From positions 3,638 to 67,637 of the forward strand of contig CACGBK010000004.1 of NCBI GenBank assembly GCA_902571385.1: a stretch of 64,000 nt of DNA. The letters run 5' to 3'. The notes below the pieces were generated by a model. That model was not told where the DNA came from. It saw only the letters and a list, made by a program, of their open reading frames with translations, and searched no databases. This DNA is from an uncultured Candidatus Actinomarina sp. (GTDB taxonomy: Bacteria; Actinomycetota; Acidimicrobiia; Actinomarinales; Actinomarinaceae). The translations under genes were made by a program, and so were the position numbers. This document shows, piece by piece, positions 27,329 to 37,209 of this stretch (positions within the stretch are counted from its first letter, which is position 1; every line of letters begins with the position of its first letter).

Positions 27329-27979
27329 ATGGATAGCATCTCTGACAAAGTTAAAAAAATAAGAGTTGAGTACGAAGACAAGCCGCTCAATGTAGAAGAC
27401 CTCAATCAAGATCCATTAGAACAATTCAATACATGGTTTCAAATTGCCATCGATGCTGAGGTAAATGAGGCAAACGCTATGGCTATTTCGACTATAACTC
27501 AAGAAGGAACACCAAGGTCTCGCTATGTACTGTTTAAAGATATTGTCGATGACAAACTAGTTTTTTACTCAGATTATCAAAGCAGTAAGGGTAAAGAGAT
27601 GGATAACAATCCAAATATTTCTGGATTATTCTTCTGGCCTGAACTCCATCGTCAAATAAGGCTTGAAGGTATTATCTCGAAGACTTCAGATGAAGTTTCT
27701 GACAATTACTTTGCCTCTAGGCCAAGAGGTGCACAATTGAGTGCAATAGCTTCCAGTCAAAGTTCTGAAATAAAAGGAAGAGAAACAGTTGAAGAGAAAA
27801 TTCAAGAATTAGAAAAAGAATTTGAAGGAAAAGATATACCAAGACCTGATAACTGGGGCGGATATGCCATTGATATAAGCTTCTGGGAGTTTTGGCAGGG
27901 AAGAAGAAGCAGAACCCATGATCGCTTTATTTACGTTAAAAATGATAATTCATGGGAAATAACTAGACTATCACCTTAA
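27329..27979 (+). CDS. pdxH: pyridoxamine/pyridoxine 5'-phosphate oxidase
   Basis: RQIRLEG, YFASRPRGAQLSA.AS.QS, and WGGY...EFWQGR.SR.HDR motifs. Confidence 0.9.
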   Translation: MDSISDKVKKIRVEYEDKPLNVEDLNQDPLEQFNTWFQIAIDAEVNEANAMAISTITQEGTPRSRYVLFKDIVDDKLVFYSDYQSSKGKEMDNNPNISGLFFWPELHRQIRLEGIISKTSDEVSDNYFASRPRGAQLSAIASSQSSEIKGRETVEEKIQELEKEFEGKDIPRPDNWGGYAIDISFWEFWQGRRSRTHDRFIYVKNDNSWEITRLSP

Positions 27980-27990
27980 GAAAAAGTTTT

Positions 27991-28659
27991 ATGAGAGATA
28001 TCAAAGTAACCAAGAATTTTATTAACTCTGAAAATACATCAGTTCTCTATGAGTCTGGAAATACAAAAGTATTAATAACAGTCTCTATCTCAGATAGAGT
28101 TCCAAGGTGGCTTGAAAACTCAGACAAGGGTTGGCTAACAGCTGAATACAACATGTTGCCTGGCTCATCTGATCAAAGAGTTTCACGAAAATCTTTTGAA
28201 GGAGGAAGGTCAAAGGAAATATCAAGACTAATTGGAAGATCACTTCGATCTGTATGTGACCTTGGAATATTAAATGGATACTCAATCACAGTCGACTGCG
28301 ATGTTCTTGATGCAGATGGAGGAACAAGAACAGCATCAATCAATGGTGCATGGATTGCACTTAATGAGACTTTCAATAACCTTGTTGATCAAAAAAAATT
28401 AGTTCAAAACCCCCTAACAAACCAAATTGCTGCATTGTCAGTTGGAATAGTTGATGGAGATTTTATTGCTGATTTAGATTATGAAAAAGATTCAAGTGCC
28501 CAAGTAGATTTAAATCTTGTACTAAATGACAACTATGAGATATTAGAAATTCAAGGGACTGCTGAGCAAAAACCATTTTCTAAAGAAGACTTAGATAAAC
28601 TTTTTGAAATGACCAAAGAAGAGGTCAATAAAGTCTTTGATGTACAAAAGAATGTATGA
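27991..28659 (+). CDS. rph: ribonuclease PH
   Basis: GWLTAEYNMLPGSS, DCDVLDADGGTRTASINGAW and EIQGTAE motifs, colinear with E. coli Rph. Confidence 0.9.
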   Translation: MRDIKVTKNFINSENTSVLYESGNTKVLITVSISDRVPRWLENSDKGWLTAEYNMLPGSSDQRVSRKSFEGGRSKEISRLIGRSLRSVCDLGILNGYSITVDCDVLDADGGTRTASINGAWIALNETFNNLVDQKKLVQNPLTNQIAALSVGIVDGDFIADLDYEKDSSAQVDLNLVLNDNYEILEIQGTAEQKPFSKEDLDKLFEMTKEEVNKVFDVQKNV

Positions 28660-29228
28660 AAATCTTATTTGCGAGTAAAAATAAGAACAAGTTCAAAGAA
28701 ATAAAAGAGATTTTTAAAGATTCAAAATTTGAAATAATATTCGATGATGTCCTTGAAGATGTTGTTGAAGATAAAGATACTATCTTAGGGAACGCTCAAA
28801 AAAAATCAGAAGAAATTTTTCTCAAGCATAACATTCCTGTCCTCTCAGATGACTCAGGACTATTTGTAGAAGCATTAGGAAATCTACCTGGAGTCTCAAC
28901 TGCTCGATATGCAGGGGAGAATGCTTCAGACCAAGAAAACATCGAAAAGATGTTAAAAAGTTTATCAAATGAAGAAAATAGAAAGGCTTTTTTTAAAACG
29001 GTCATATATTTTTTTGATGGAGAAATCAGGTTAGATACCGAAGGAACATTAAACGGTCAAATAACTACGTCTCCCCGAGGAAACAATGGTTTTGGATACG
29101 ATCCTATTTTCGAAATAGACGGATCAACCCTTGCAGAGTTAAGTTTTGAAGAAAAGACTGACATAAGTCACAGAAAAATTGCTGCTAAAAAAATGTGTGA
29201 TTTGTTAACAGATACTTTTACAGAATAA
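28656..29228 (+). CDS. rdgB: non-canonical purine NTP pyrophosphatase (RdgB/HAM1)
   Basis: SKNKNKFKE N-terminus, the GFGYDPIF motif and SHR. Follows rph in the conserved pairing, with an ATGA overlap. Confidence 0.9.
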   Translation: MKILFASKNKNKFKEIKEIFKDSKFEIIFDDVLEDVVEDKDTILGNAQKKSEEIFLKHNIPVLSDDSGLFVEALGNLPGVSTARYAGENASDQENIEKMLKSLSNEENRKAFFKTVIYFFDGEIRLDTEGTLNGQITTSPRGNNGFGYDPIFEIDGSTLAELSFEEKTDISHRKIAAKKMCDLLTDTFTE

Positions 29229-29240
29229 ATATTTTTTGTG

Positions 29241-29268
29241 TAGACAAGCTAATAAACGAAACTATTAT
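29241..29268 (+). promoter_or_regulatory. candidate promoter of the cimA leader (TAGACA-N16-TATTAT)
   Basis: The -35-like hexamer lies at 29241-29246 and the -10-like hexamer at 29263-29268. The expected TSS, about 7 nt later, coincides with the ATG at 29275. Confidence 0.35.
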
Positions 29269-29274
29269 GAATTC

Positions 29275-29301
29275 ATGATTAATTTCATAATTATTATTTA
29301 A
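29275..29301 (+). CDS. candidate leader peptide MINFIIII (Ile-rich, probably leaderless)
   Basis: ATG ATT AAT TTC ATA ATT ATT ATT TAA, read directly. It has four consecutive Ile codons before the stop and sits immediately upstream of hairpins and a terminator in front of an Ile-pathway gene. Confidence 0.5.
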   Translation: MINFIIII

Positions 29302-29324
29302 GGACAACGAACTTTTCGTTGTTA

Positions 29325-29350
29325 CCCTTGCGTTGCAGGGGTTTTTTTTT
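29325..29350 (+). terminator. intrinsic terminator inside the cimA 5' leader (attenuator terminator)
   Basis: CCCTTGC-GTT-GCAGGGG: a 7-bp stem with one G-U pair, followed by nine T (29342-29350). It lies 12 nt upstream of the cimA ATG. Confidence 0.7.
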
Positions 29351-29362
29351 GGAAGAAGAAGA

Positions 29363-30925
29363 ATGAAGATAGACATATTTGATACGACTCTAAGAGATGG
29401 CTTTCAGCAAGAAGGCATATCACCGTCTGTAAAAGATAAATTAGCTATTGCAAAGCTAATTGATGAACTAGGCGTTGATTTTATCGAAGGAGGTTGGCCT
29501 GGAGCATCACCAAAAGAGAAAGAGTTTTTTGATACTGCAAAGAAAGATTTGAATTTAAACAATGCAAAATTGGTTAGTTTTGGATCTACACGTAAATTAA
29601 ATACCAAAGTTGAAGAAGATCCCCAAGTTCAAGCATTAATTGACTCAGAAACTGAATATGTTTGTATTGTAGGAAAATCCTCAAATCTGCACATCACTAA
29701 AGCTTTAGAGACAGATGTTGACAATGCTATCTCAATGGCAGTAGACACTGTGAGATTCTTGAAGGAAAATAATCGAAAAGTATTTTTTGATGCAGAACAT
29801 TTTTTTGATGGATTAAAAGAGAATGCGGAAGTAACTCTAAAGATTCTTGATTCAGTTTTAAATGAAGGTGTTGAGTGCTTCATCTTTTGTGATACAAACG
29901 GAGGAACTCTTCCACATGAAGTTACCGAACTTTTAAATCCAATAATTGAAAAATATCCAGATCAAGAATTTGGTGTCCATTTTCAAAATGACAATGGCTG
30001 TGCTGTCACCAATTCTTTGGCAGCAGTAAATTTAGGTGTAAAGCACGTACAAGGAACAATGAACGGTTACGGGGAGAGAACAGGAAATGCTGATTTATGT
30101 ACTTTGTTACCAAACCTATCTCTCAAGATGAACCTAGAAACAGTTCCTGAAAAGTCTCTAGAAAAATTAACTCCTATTGCTAATCACATTGCTGAACTCG
30201 TAAATATCGCAATAGATTCAAGACATCCATATGTTGGGTCATCTGCATTTACTCATAAGGCTGGATTGCACGCATCAGGTATGTCAAAAGACAACACATT
30301 ATATGAGCATATCAATGCAAGCCAGGTAGGAAACTACACAAGAACTACAGTTTCAGAGTTAGCAGGCAGAGCAAGCGTCATTACAAAAGCAAAAGAGTTT
30401 AATATTGAGTTTTCAAACGATGAAGCAAAAAATTTGATTGAACAAGTACAAAACTTAGAATACGAAGGTTTTCAATATGAGGCTGCAGATGCATCTTTAT
30501 ATTTATTGATGAAAAAAATAAAAGGTGAAGAACCAGAATTTTTTTCTTTTGAGAGTTTTCGAGTTTATTCCGAAAGAAGAAATTCACAGAATGTAGTTTC
30601 TGAGGCAGTTTGCAAGATTACTGTTGAAGAAAATAGATTTGTAACAACTGGTGAGGGAGTAGGACCTGTTGATGCATTGAATAAAGCATTGAAATCTGCC
30701 TTAAAAAATAACTATCCCGATGTAGATAAAATTAAATTAACTGATTATAAAGTAAGAATTATTGATTCATCGGATGGAACAGAGGCAAAAACAAGAGTAC
30801 TTGTTGAGTTTACAGATGGAGAGATGATTTGGAGCACAATCGGTGTGCATGAAAATATTATCAATGCATCTTGGAATGCTTTGTGTGATGGTTTTAATTA
30901 TTATTTTATGGAAAGTTCATCGTAA
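29363..30925 (+). CDS. cimA: (R)-citramalate synthase (LeuA-related, Geobacter CimA type)
   Basis: MKIDIFDTTLRDGFQQEGIS...IEGGWPGASPKE...FGSTR pattern of the about 530-aa LeuA_rel/CimA family, with a C-terminal regulatory domain. The start is trimmed from the track's 29333 because that extension runs through the terminator. Confidence 0.8.
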   Translation: MKIDIFDTTLRDGFQQEGISPSVKDKLAIAKLIDELGVDFIEGGWPGASPKEKEFFDTAKKDLNLNNAKLVSFGSTRKLNTKVEEDPQVQALIDSETEYVCIVGKSSNLHITKALETDVDNAISMAVDTVRFLKENNRKVFFDAEHFFDGLKENAEVTLKILDSVLNEGVECFIFCDTNGGTLPHEVTELLNPIIEKYPDQEFGVHFQNDNGCAVTNSLAAVNLGVKHVQGTMNGYGERTGNADLCTLLPNLSLKMNLETVPEKSLEKLTPIANHIAELVNIAIDSRHPYVGSSAFTHKAGLHASGMSKDNTLYEHINASQVGNYTRTTVSELAGRASVITKAKEFNIEFSNDEAKNLIEQVQNLEYEGFQYEAADASLYLLMKKIKGEEPEFFSFESFRVYSERRNSQNVVSEAVCKITVEENRFVTTGEGVGPVDALNKALKSALKNNYPDVDKIKLTDYKVRIIDSSDGTEAKTRVLVEFTDGEMIWSTIGVHENIINASWNALCDGFNYYFMESSS

Positions 30926-30955
30926 AATTTTTATAATTACTTTAGGTAATTAAAT

Positions 30956-32902
30956 ATGTCAGAAAAAATTGAAAATCTACTTGGGGAAGATAGAACTTTT
31001 GATCCTCCTTTAAGTATCGTTGAAAATGCAAACGCTACTAAAGAATGGTTTGATTTAGCAGAAGAAGATAGATTAGCCTACTGGCAAAAACAGGCCCTTG
31101 AGAGAATTACTTGGTATAAAGAGCCAACCGAAATTTTAGATGATTCCAATGCACCTTTTTATAAATGGTTTAAAGATGGAGAATTAAATCTTTCTTACAA
31201 CTGTCTGGATCGTCATTTAGAAACAGACGGAGACAGAGTTGCATTTTACTGGGAGGGAGAACCTGGAGACACTCAAGAGATTACCTATCAGGATCTTTAT
31301 GAGAGAGTTTGTAAGTTATCCAATGGCTTAAAAGAATTAGGAGTCAAAAAAGGGGATAGAATAGCAATTTATCTCGGCATGACTCCAGAGATCGTAATTT
31401 CAATGTTGGCATGCGCAAGAATAGGTGCCGTTCATTCAGTTGTTTTTGGTGGTTTCTCCGCTGAAGCATTAGCTGATCGTATAAATGATGCAGAAGCAAA
31501 AGTAGTTATTACCGCTGATGGTGCCTGGAGAAGGGGAGATATTGTCCCTTTAAAAAAGAATGTAGATGATTCCTTGAAACTAACAGACCATATTGAAAGT
31601 GTTGTAGTCGTAAAAAGAACTAACAATGACGTAGATATGGTTGAGGGATTAGATTATTGGTACCACGATTTAGTAGACAAACAAGATGCAACATGTGAAC
31701 CAGAGGTCATGAATGCAGAAGATATGCTTTACATACTCTACACATCTGGCACTACCGCAAAACCAAAGGGAATAGTCCACACACAGGCCGGATACCTTAC
31801 CGGAGTAACAACTACACATTCAGCAGTTTTTGATGTAAAAGAGGATGATATTTACTGGTGTGCTGCTGATTGTGGATGGGTAACTGGTCATAGCTATATT
31901 GTCTATGGTCCTCTTGCTAATAAGACAACGAGTGTTATGTATGAGGGAGCACCAAACGCTCCAGATGAAAAAAGATTGTGGAGTATTGTTGAAAAATATA
32001 AAGTCAATATTTTTTACACAGCCCCAACTGCAATAAGAGCATTCATGAAGTGGGGAGTAGAACACCCTCAAGCACATGATTTATCATCTCTAAGGTTATT
32101 AGGAACAGTTGGAGAGCCAATCAATCCAGAAGCTTGGATGTGGTACCACGAAAATATTGGAAGCGAATCGTGTGCGATTGTTGATACATGGTGGCAAACT
32201 GAGACAGGATCAATCATGATCACTCCACTGCCAGGTATCACTAGTACAAAACCAGGATCTGCTTGTGGGCCTATGCCAGGAATTGACGCAATTGTTGTAG
32301 ACGAAAAAGGAAACGAAGTTTCAAAAGGAGAAGGTGGCTACCTAGCAATTAAAACACCATGGCCTTCAATGTTGAGAACAGTTTTTGGAGATGAAAAAAG
32401 ATATATCGATACCTACTGGTCAAAATATGATGGAATGTATTTTGCTGGGGATGGTGCAAAATATGACGATGACGGATATTTCTGGTTACTTGGAAGAGTT
32501 GATGACGTAATGAATATATCGGGTCATAGGATATCTACAGCTGAGGTCGAGAGCGCCCTTGTTGCACATGAGTCTGTGGCAGAAGCTGCAGTAATTGGAA
32601 GAGCAGATGAAATTTCTGGTGAGGCTATTGCTGCTTTCGTAACCTTGATTGGTGGCTTTGAAGGAAATGATGAACTGATTACAACTCTACGACAACATGT
32701 AAGTGATAAGATAGGACCTATCGCAAAACCAAAAAGTATTGTGATAACAAATGACCTTCCAAAAACAAGAAGTGGAAAAATAATGAGAAGACTACTTAAA
32801 GATATTTCAGAGGAAAGAAAACTCGGAGACGTCACAACGCTTGCAAATGCAGACATCGTTTCAGAATTACAAACCAGATCGTCAGAGTCAGCTGATGAAT
32901 GA
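30956..32902 (+). CDS. acs: acetyl-CoA synthetase (AMP-forming)
   Basis: 648 aa with [18 protein letters not shown], the conserved C-terminal [11 protein letters not shown] motif, and N-terminal [10 protein letters not shown]. Confidence 0.95.
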   Translation: MSEKIENLLGEDRTFDPPLSIVENANATKEWFDLAEEDRLAYWQKQALERITWYKEPTEILDDSNAPFYKWFKDGELNLSYNCLDRHLETDGDRVAFYWEGEPGDTQEITYQDLYERVCKLSNGLKELGVKKGDRIAIYLGMTPEIVISMLACARIGAVHSVVFGGFSAEALADRINDAEAKVVITADGAWRRGDIVPLKKNVDDSLKLTDHIESVVVVKRTNNDVDMVEGLDYWYHDLVDKQDATCEPEVMNAEDMLYILYTSGTTAKPKGIVHTQAGYLTGVTTTHSAVFDVKEDDIYWCAADCGWVTGHSYIVYGPLANKTTSVMYEGAPNAPDEKRLWSIVEKYKVNIFYTAPTAIRAFMKWGVEHPQAHDLSSLRLLGTVGEPINPEAWMWYHENIGSESCAIVDTWWQTETGSIMITPLPGITSTKPGSACGPMPGIDAIVVDEKGNEVSKGEGGYLAIKTPWPSMLRTVFGDEKRYIDTYWSKYDGMYFAGDGAKYDDDGYFWLLGRVDDVMNISGHRISTAEVESALVAHESVAEAAVIGRADEISGEAIAAFVTLIGGFEGNDELITTLRQHVSDKIGPIAKPKSIVITNDLPKTRSGKIMRRLLKDISEERKLGDVTTLANADIVSELQTRSSESADE

Positions 32903-33383
32903 AAGAACTCACTCATGGGAAACACCAAAGGATGTTGCTGAAACATTATTAAATTTAGATAAGGAAGACCGTCGAAAATTCTTGAGAGAGTACCCACCTG
33001 GTTCAACTGGTATTGGCTCATTAATGGGATTCACAAAAATTGAAATAGATGATGATGGCCACACTTCTTTTTATTGCAAGGCTGAGGAATTTCACTATAA
33101 CCCTATTGGTAGTGTGCATGGTGGTCTTGCAGCAACGCTTTTAGATTCCTGCAATAGTATCTCAGCACAATGCAATTTAGATAAAGGATTTATAGCTTTA
33201 ACAACAGATATCAAAGTAAATTATTTGAGCCAGATCACAGTTGATACTGGTGAGATTGTAGCTACGGGAAAGATCGATAAATTAGGTAGAAAAGTCATTT
33301 TTGTATCTGGAGAACTTAAAGATATGAACGGTAAACTTTTGGCTACAGCATCCTCTACTGAACTCGTTGTTCAAATTTTCTAA
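32895..33383 (+). CDS. PaaI-family hotdog-fold thioesterase
   Basis: [14 protein letters not shown] motif. I chose the ATG at 32895 (8-nt overlap with the acs stop) rather than the track's 32841, which lies inside acs. Confidence 0.8.
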   Translation: MNERTHSWETPKDVAETLLNLDKEDRRKFLREYPPGSTGIGSLMGFTKIEIDDDGHTSFYCKAEEFHYNPIGSVHGGLAATLLDSCNSISAQCNLDKGFIALTTDIKVNYLSQITVDTGEIVATGKIDKLGRKVIFVSGELKDMNGKLLATASSTELVVQIF

Positions 33384-33390
33384 TTAATAG

Positions 33391-33473
33391 TGCGGATGAG
33401 AGGACTCGAACCTCCACGAGCAAAGCTCACTAGATCCTAAATCTAGCGCGTCTACCAGTTCCGCCACATCCGC
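33391..33473 (-). tRNA. tRNA-Leu (anticodon TAG), long variable arm, no encoded CCA
   Basis: Hand-folded reverse complement: GCGGATG acceptor, anticodon arm CTAGA-TTTAGGA-TCTAG, and a class II variable arm. Confidence 0.9.
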
Positions 33474-33484
33474 TAAATGTCGCG

Positions 33485-33557
33485 TGGGTCGCCGGGGACT
33501 TGAACCCCGAACCTGCGGATTAAGAGTCCGTTGCTCTGCCAATTGAGCTAGCGACCC
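33485..33557 (-). tRNA. tRNA-Lys (anticodon CTT), no encoded CCA
   Basis: Hand-folded reverse complement: GGGTCGC acceptor, anticodon loop CTCTTAA, T-arm CGGGG-TTCAAGT-CCCCG. Confidence 0.88.
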
Positions 33558-33652
33558 TTTTTACAGATTAACTTAACTAATAATACTTAACTATAAATTT
33601 TTTGATTTATTGTTTCCATAAAAGCGTTATCATGGAACAATAATTAGACGTG

Positions 33653-33727
33653 CGGGCTGTGGCTCAGCTTGGCTAGAGCGCCTGCTTTGGGAGCAGGAGG
33701 TCGTGAGTTCGAATCTCACCAGCCCGA
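33653..33727 (+). tRNA. tRNA-Pro (anticodon TGG)
   Basis: CGGGCTG acceptor, anticodon arm CCTGC-TTTGGGA-GCAGG, T-arm GTGAG-TTCGAAT-CTCAC. Confidence 0.9.
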
Positions 33728-33732
33728 CTAGC

Positions 33733-33803
33733 GCGGGTGTAGCTTAATGGCAAAGCTCCAGCCTTCCAAGCTGGCTATGAGGGTTCGATTCCCTTCACCC
33801 GCT
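33733..33803 (+). tRNA. tRNA-Gly (anticodon TCC)
   Basis: GCGGGTG acceptor, anticodon arm CCAGC-CTTCCAA-GCTGG, 71 nt. Confidence 0.9.
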
Positions 33804-33809
33804 CGAGAG

Positions 33810-33883
33810 GCTCTCGTAGCTCAAATGGATAGAGCAACAGACTTCTAATCTGTAGGTTATAGGTTCGAGTCCTATCGAGAGCG
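33810..33883 (+). tRNA. tRNA-Arg (anticodon TCT)
   Basis: GCTCTCG acceptor, anticodon arm ACAGA-CTTCTAA-TCTGT, T-arm ATAGG-TTCGAGT-CCTAT. Confidence 0.9.
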
Positions 33884-33887
33884 CCGA

Positions 33888-33966
33888 GGTGATCGTAGCT
33901 CAGTTTGGTTAGAGCGCCTGGTTGTGGTCCAGGAGGTCGCGGGTTCAAATCCCGTCGGTCACCCCA
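33888..33966 (+). tRNA. tRNA-His (anticodon GTG) with encoded G-1 and CCA
   Basis: An extra 5' G pairs with discriminator C. Anticodon arm CCTGG-TTGTGGT-CCAGG, with terminal CCA present. Confidence 0.9.
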
Positions 33967-33984
33967 CCTTATTTAGGAGAAAAG

Positions 33985-35301
33985 TTGAAATATAAAGTAA
34001 AGAATGCAGGTGATTTTGAAAAGCAGCTCGATTTAAAAGTTGATTTTCAAGATCTTGATGAATATAAGAATGAAGCTATAAATAAAATATCTAAAAATTT
34101 GAATATAAAGGGTTTTAGGCCTGGAAAAATACCAGCAAATATAGTCACAAGAGAAGTTGGAGAAGATGCAATAAATGAAGAAGCAATTGAAATGTATCTT
34201 CCAGAAAATCTTTTCACAATTCTTAAAGATGAAGAATTAAATCCTGCTACTAGGCCAGTCATAAAGAAGATTGAGAAGAAAGATAAAAATTATGATATTG
34301 AGGTTTTAATTACTTTATGGCCTACGTTATCAAAACTTCCAAAGCTAGAGCAAGAAGTTGAAGTTGAATCAATTAAGCCAACAGATGAAGAAATGGATGA
34401 TCAGATAGATAGAGTAAGAACTCAATTTGCTGAAGTTTCAAAAGTAGAAAGATCACTTGATAGTGGAGATTATGCCTTGATTAATGTCTCTGCAAAGAAA
34501 AATAATGAAGAACTTAAAGATTTTGCATACAGCGATTATTTATATGAGGTAGGAACGAATATGTTAACACCCCAACTTGATTCTAAATTGATAGGAGTTT
34601 CGCCTGGTGCAATCGTAAAACTAAACGATAACATTCCACAATTACAGATAGAAGATGCTGAGATAACTGTTTTGGTAAAAGAAGTTAGAGAAAAAATACT
34701 TCCAGACTTTACTGACGAGTGGGTATCAGACACTACAGAATTCGATGATATAAAAAACTTAAGAGAGGAACTCGAAAAAAATATTGAGATGATTAAAAAA
34801 AGACAAGTAGCTTCTCAATACCAGGGTGAACTAACGAATAAATTAATTGAAGAGGCAAAGATTGAACTACCAGAGCAATTAGTTATTGCTGAGATGGACA
34901 GTATTCTTCAAAATTTTATAAATGAATTGGCTCAAAATAATATAAAAATGGAGGACTACTTTCAAGTTACTGGATTAACGGAAGAAGCTTTAAGAGATGA
35001 CTTAAATAAGCAGGCTACAAGAAATTTAACCATGGTAGTAATTCTGGATAAAGTAATTGAAGAACTAGATATCAAACTAGAAGAAGAAGATACTGCACTT
35101 ATTGAAGAACATATGAAGTCACATGAAAGTCAAGATGAAGTTGAAAGTACTACTCATAGATTAAATCTTGAAGCTGAATCACTTAGAAATAAAGCTATGT
35201 TGCATGTTTTAAAGTCAGGAAGCTCAGTGGACAAAAATGGTGAAAAAGTATATCTTCAAGATGTGTACAATCAAGATACAGATACAAGAGAGGAAGAATA
35301 A
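33985..35301 (+). CDS. tig: trigger factor
   Basis: TTG start preceded by AGGAGAAAAG. N-terminal ...KGFRPGKIP ribosome-binding signature. The track's longer ORF (33922) overlaps tRNA-His and was trimmed. Confidence 0.85.
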   Translation: MKYKVKNAGDFEKQLDLKVDFQDLDEYKNEAINKISKNLNIKGFRPGKIPANIVTREVGEDAINEEAIEMYLPENLFTILKDEELNPATRPVIKKIEKKDKNYDIEVLITLWPTLSKLPKLEQEVEVESIKPTDEEMDDQIDRVRTQFAEVSKVERSLDSGDYALINVSAKKNNEELKDFAYSDYLYEVGTNMLTPQLDSKLIGVSPGAIVKLNDNIPQLQIEDAEITVLVKEVREKILPDFTDEWVSDTTEFDDIKNLREELEKNIEMIKKRQVASQYQGELTNKLIEEAKIELPEQLVIAEMDSILQNFINELAQNNIKMEDYFQVTGLTEEALRDDLNKQATRNLTMVVILDKVIEELDIKLEEEDTALIEEHMKSHESQDEVESTTHRLNLEAESLRNKAMLHVLKSGSSVDKNGEKVYLQDVYNQDTDTREEE

Positions 35302-35302
35302 C

Positions 35303-35920
35303 ATGAAAAAAGAGCCTTCAAATTATGTTGTACCTACAGTTATTGAGAATACAAATAGAGGCGAGAGAGCTTTTGATATATATTCAAGGCTTTTAAAAGA
35401 TAGAATTATATTTCTTGGCACACCAATTGATGATGGTGTAGCAAACCTTATAATGGCACAATTATTACATCTAGAATCTGAAGATCCAGAAAAAGATATT
35501 TATATTTATATCAATTCACCTGGTGGCTCAATTACATCATTATTTGCAATCTATGACACAATGAAATACATCAAACCAGATGTAGCAACAGTGTGTATGG
35601 GACTTGCAGCTTCTGCCGGTGCAGTAATATTAGCCGGTGGAACACCTGGAAAAAGATACTCTCTTCCACATGCAAGGATAATGTTACATCAACCAGCTGG
35701 TGGTGCTGAAGGTACTTCAAAAGACATCGAAATTCAAGCAAAATTGATTACAGATATGAGAAATCAAATAAATGGTCTTTTGGCTGATTTTACTGATAAA
35801 GACGTAGAACAAATCGCTGTTGATACTGACAGAGATTTTTGGATGACCGCGCAAGAAGCATTGGAATACGGTATAGTGGATGAAGTACTAACTCAAAGGG
35901 AGTTAGCAGACAAAAAATAA
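35303..35920 (+). CDS. clpP: ATP-dependent Clp protease proteolytic subunit
   Basis: [18 protein letters not shown], catalytic Ser context GLAASAGA, and MLHQP. Start at ATG 35303 after GAGAGGAAG. Confidence 0.92.
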   Translation: MKKEPSNYVVPTVIENTNRGERAFDIYSRLLKDRIIFLGTPIDDGVANLIMAQLLHLESEDPEKDIYIYINSPGGSITSLFAIYDTMKYIKPDVATVCMGLAASAGAVILAGGTPGKRYSLPHARIMLHQPAGGAEGTSKDIEIQAKLITDMRNQINGLLADFTDKDVEQIAVDTDRDFWMTAQEALEYGIVDEVLTQRELADKK

Positions 35921-35936
35921 CGACAGGGTAGGTTTT

Positions 35937-37205
35937 ATGGCTAATAAAGAATCGTCTACTGATCCGTTAAAATGTAGTTTTTGTGGCAAGTCACAAAAAC
36001 AAGTAATCAAGCTCATCGCTGGTCCTGGCGTTTACATCTGTGACGAGTGTATTGAACTTTGTGTTGAGATCGTTGAAGAAGAGAAAATTGAGACACTCGA
36101 ATCAACTAGTGAGACACATTTACCACTACCAAAAGAAATTAACCATGCTTTGAATGAGTTCGTAATTGGACAATCTGAAGCAAAGAAAACACTTTCAGTC
36201 GCAGTTTACAATCACTACAAAAGAATATATAAAGATGATGCAAAAAGTGATGAACTTGAAATTCAAAAATCTAATGTCTTGATTCTTGGCCCTACAGGAA
36301 GTGGAAAAACTCTACTGGCTCAAACTTTAGCAAAAATTCTACAAGTACCTTTTGCAATAGCTGATGCAACAACTCTAACCGAAGCAGGTTATGTTGGAGA
36401 AGATGTAGAAAACATTTTACTCACACTTATCCAAGCTGCTGATTTTGATATTGGTAAGGCTGAAAAAGGAATTATCTATATTGATGAAATCGATAAAATT
36501 ACTAGGAAATCTGACAACCCATCAATCACTAGAGACGTGTCAGGAGAAGGTGTACAGCAAGCTTTATTAAAAATCTTAGAGGGCACAACTGCTCAAGTGC
36601 CTCCACAGGGAGGTAGAAAGCACCCTCAACAAGAATATTTACAAATTGATACCTCAAACATTTTGTTTATTGTTGGAGGGGCTTTTGATGGCCTAGATCA
36701 AATTATTGGTAAAAGACTTGGTGACAACTCAATTGGTTTTAACACTAGTTTGAGCACTAAAGATGATGTAAATTTAAGTACAATTTATGACAATGTCGAG
36801 CCAAAAGACCTGAGACGATATGGCTTAATTCCAGAGTTCATTGGAAGGTTACCTGTTGTTACTAGTGTTAATGAATTAGATAAAGACGCTTTAATAAAGA
36901 TTCTTGTTGAACCAAAAAACGCAATAACAAAGCAATTTAAGAAAATCTTCGAGTTAGATGATGTTGAGCTTAGCTTTACTGACGGAGCTTTAGATGCAAT
37001 GGCAGAATTAGCCCTTGAAAGAAAAACTGGTGCAAGAGGTCTTAGATCAATAATCGAAAAATTACTTCTTGATGAAATGTTCGAAGCTCCCTCAAGAAAA
37101 GACATTGAAAAAATTATTATTGATAAAGAAAATGTGGTTGACGATATTCAACCTAAGATGGTTTTAAGACAGAGCAAAGATAAAAAAGACTCTAAACCAG
37201 CCTAA
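35937..37205 (+). CDS. clpX: ATP-dependent Clp protease ATP-binding subunit ClpX
   Basis: Zinc-binding domain CSFCGK...CDEC, Walker [17 protein letters not shown], and GARGLR. Confidence 0.95.
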   Translation: MANKESSTDPLKCSFCGKSQKQVIKLIAGPGVYICDECIELCVEIVEEEKIETLESTSETHLPLPKEINHALNEFVIGQSEAKKTLSVAVYNHYKRIYKDDAKSDELEIQKSNVLILGPTGSGKTLLAQTLAKILQVPFAIADATTLTEAGYVGEDVENILLTLIQAADFDIGKAEKGIIYIDEIDKITRKSDNPSITRDVSGEGVQQALLKILEGTTAQVPPQGGRKHPQQEYLQIDTSNILFIVGGAFDGLDQIIGKRLGDNSIGFNTSLSTKDDVNLSTIYDNVEPKDLRRYGLIPEFIGRLPVVTSVNELDKDALIKILVEPKNAITKQFKKIFELDDVELSFTDGALDAMAELALERKTGARGLRSIIEKLLLDEMFEAPSRKDIEKIIIDKENVVDDIQPKMVLRQSKDKKDSKPA

Positions 37206-37209
37206 ATCT

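Noticed and set aside
29267-29278. Three-codon ORF ATG AAT TCA TGA (MNS) just upstream of, and overlapping, the Ile-rich mini-ORF.
   Set aside because: Its ATG sits within the predicted -10 hexamer, so it would not be on the transcript if that promoter is real. It is too short to interpret.
29333-29362. Track start of cimA at 29333 (MQGFFFGRRR...).
   Set aside because: This alternative start lies inside the terminator hairpin and T9 tract. The conserved CimA/LeuA N-terminus begins at MKIDIFDTTLRDG (ATG 29363).
30934-30952. AT-rich inverted repeat TAATTAC-TTTAG-GTAATTA between cimA and acs.
   Set aside because: The 7-bp all-A/T-dominated stem has no T-tract and overlaps the probable acs ribosome-binding region. 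It is likely a chance palindrome in AT-rich DNA.
33922-33984. N-terminal extensions of the track ORFs that run through tRNA genes: tig from 33922 over tRNA-His, and the flippase from 55938 over tRNA-Ala.
   Set aside because: The extensions translate tRNA sequence (for example MWSRRSRVQIPSV, MACTGSGVQIPSAP). Downstream in-frame starts with better context exist (TTG 33985 after AGGAGA; ATG 55989).
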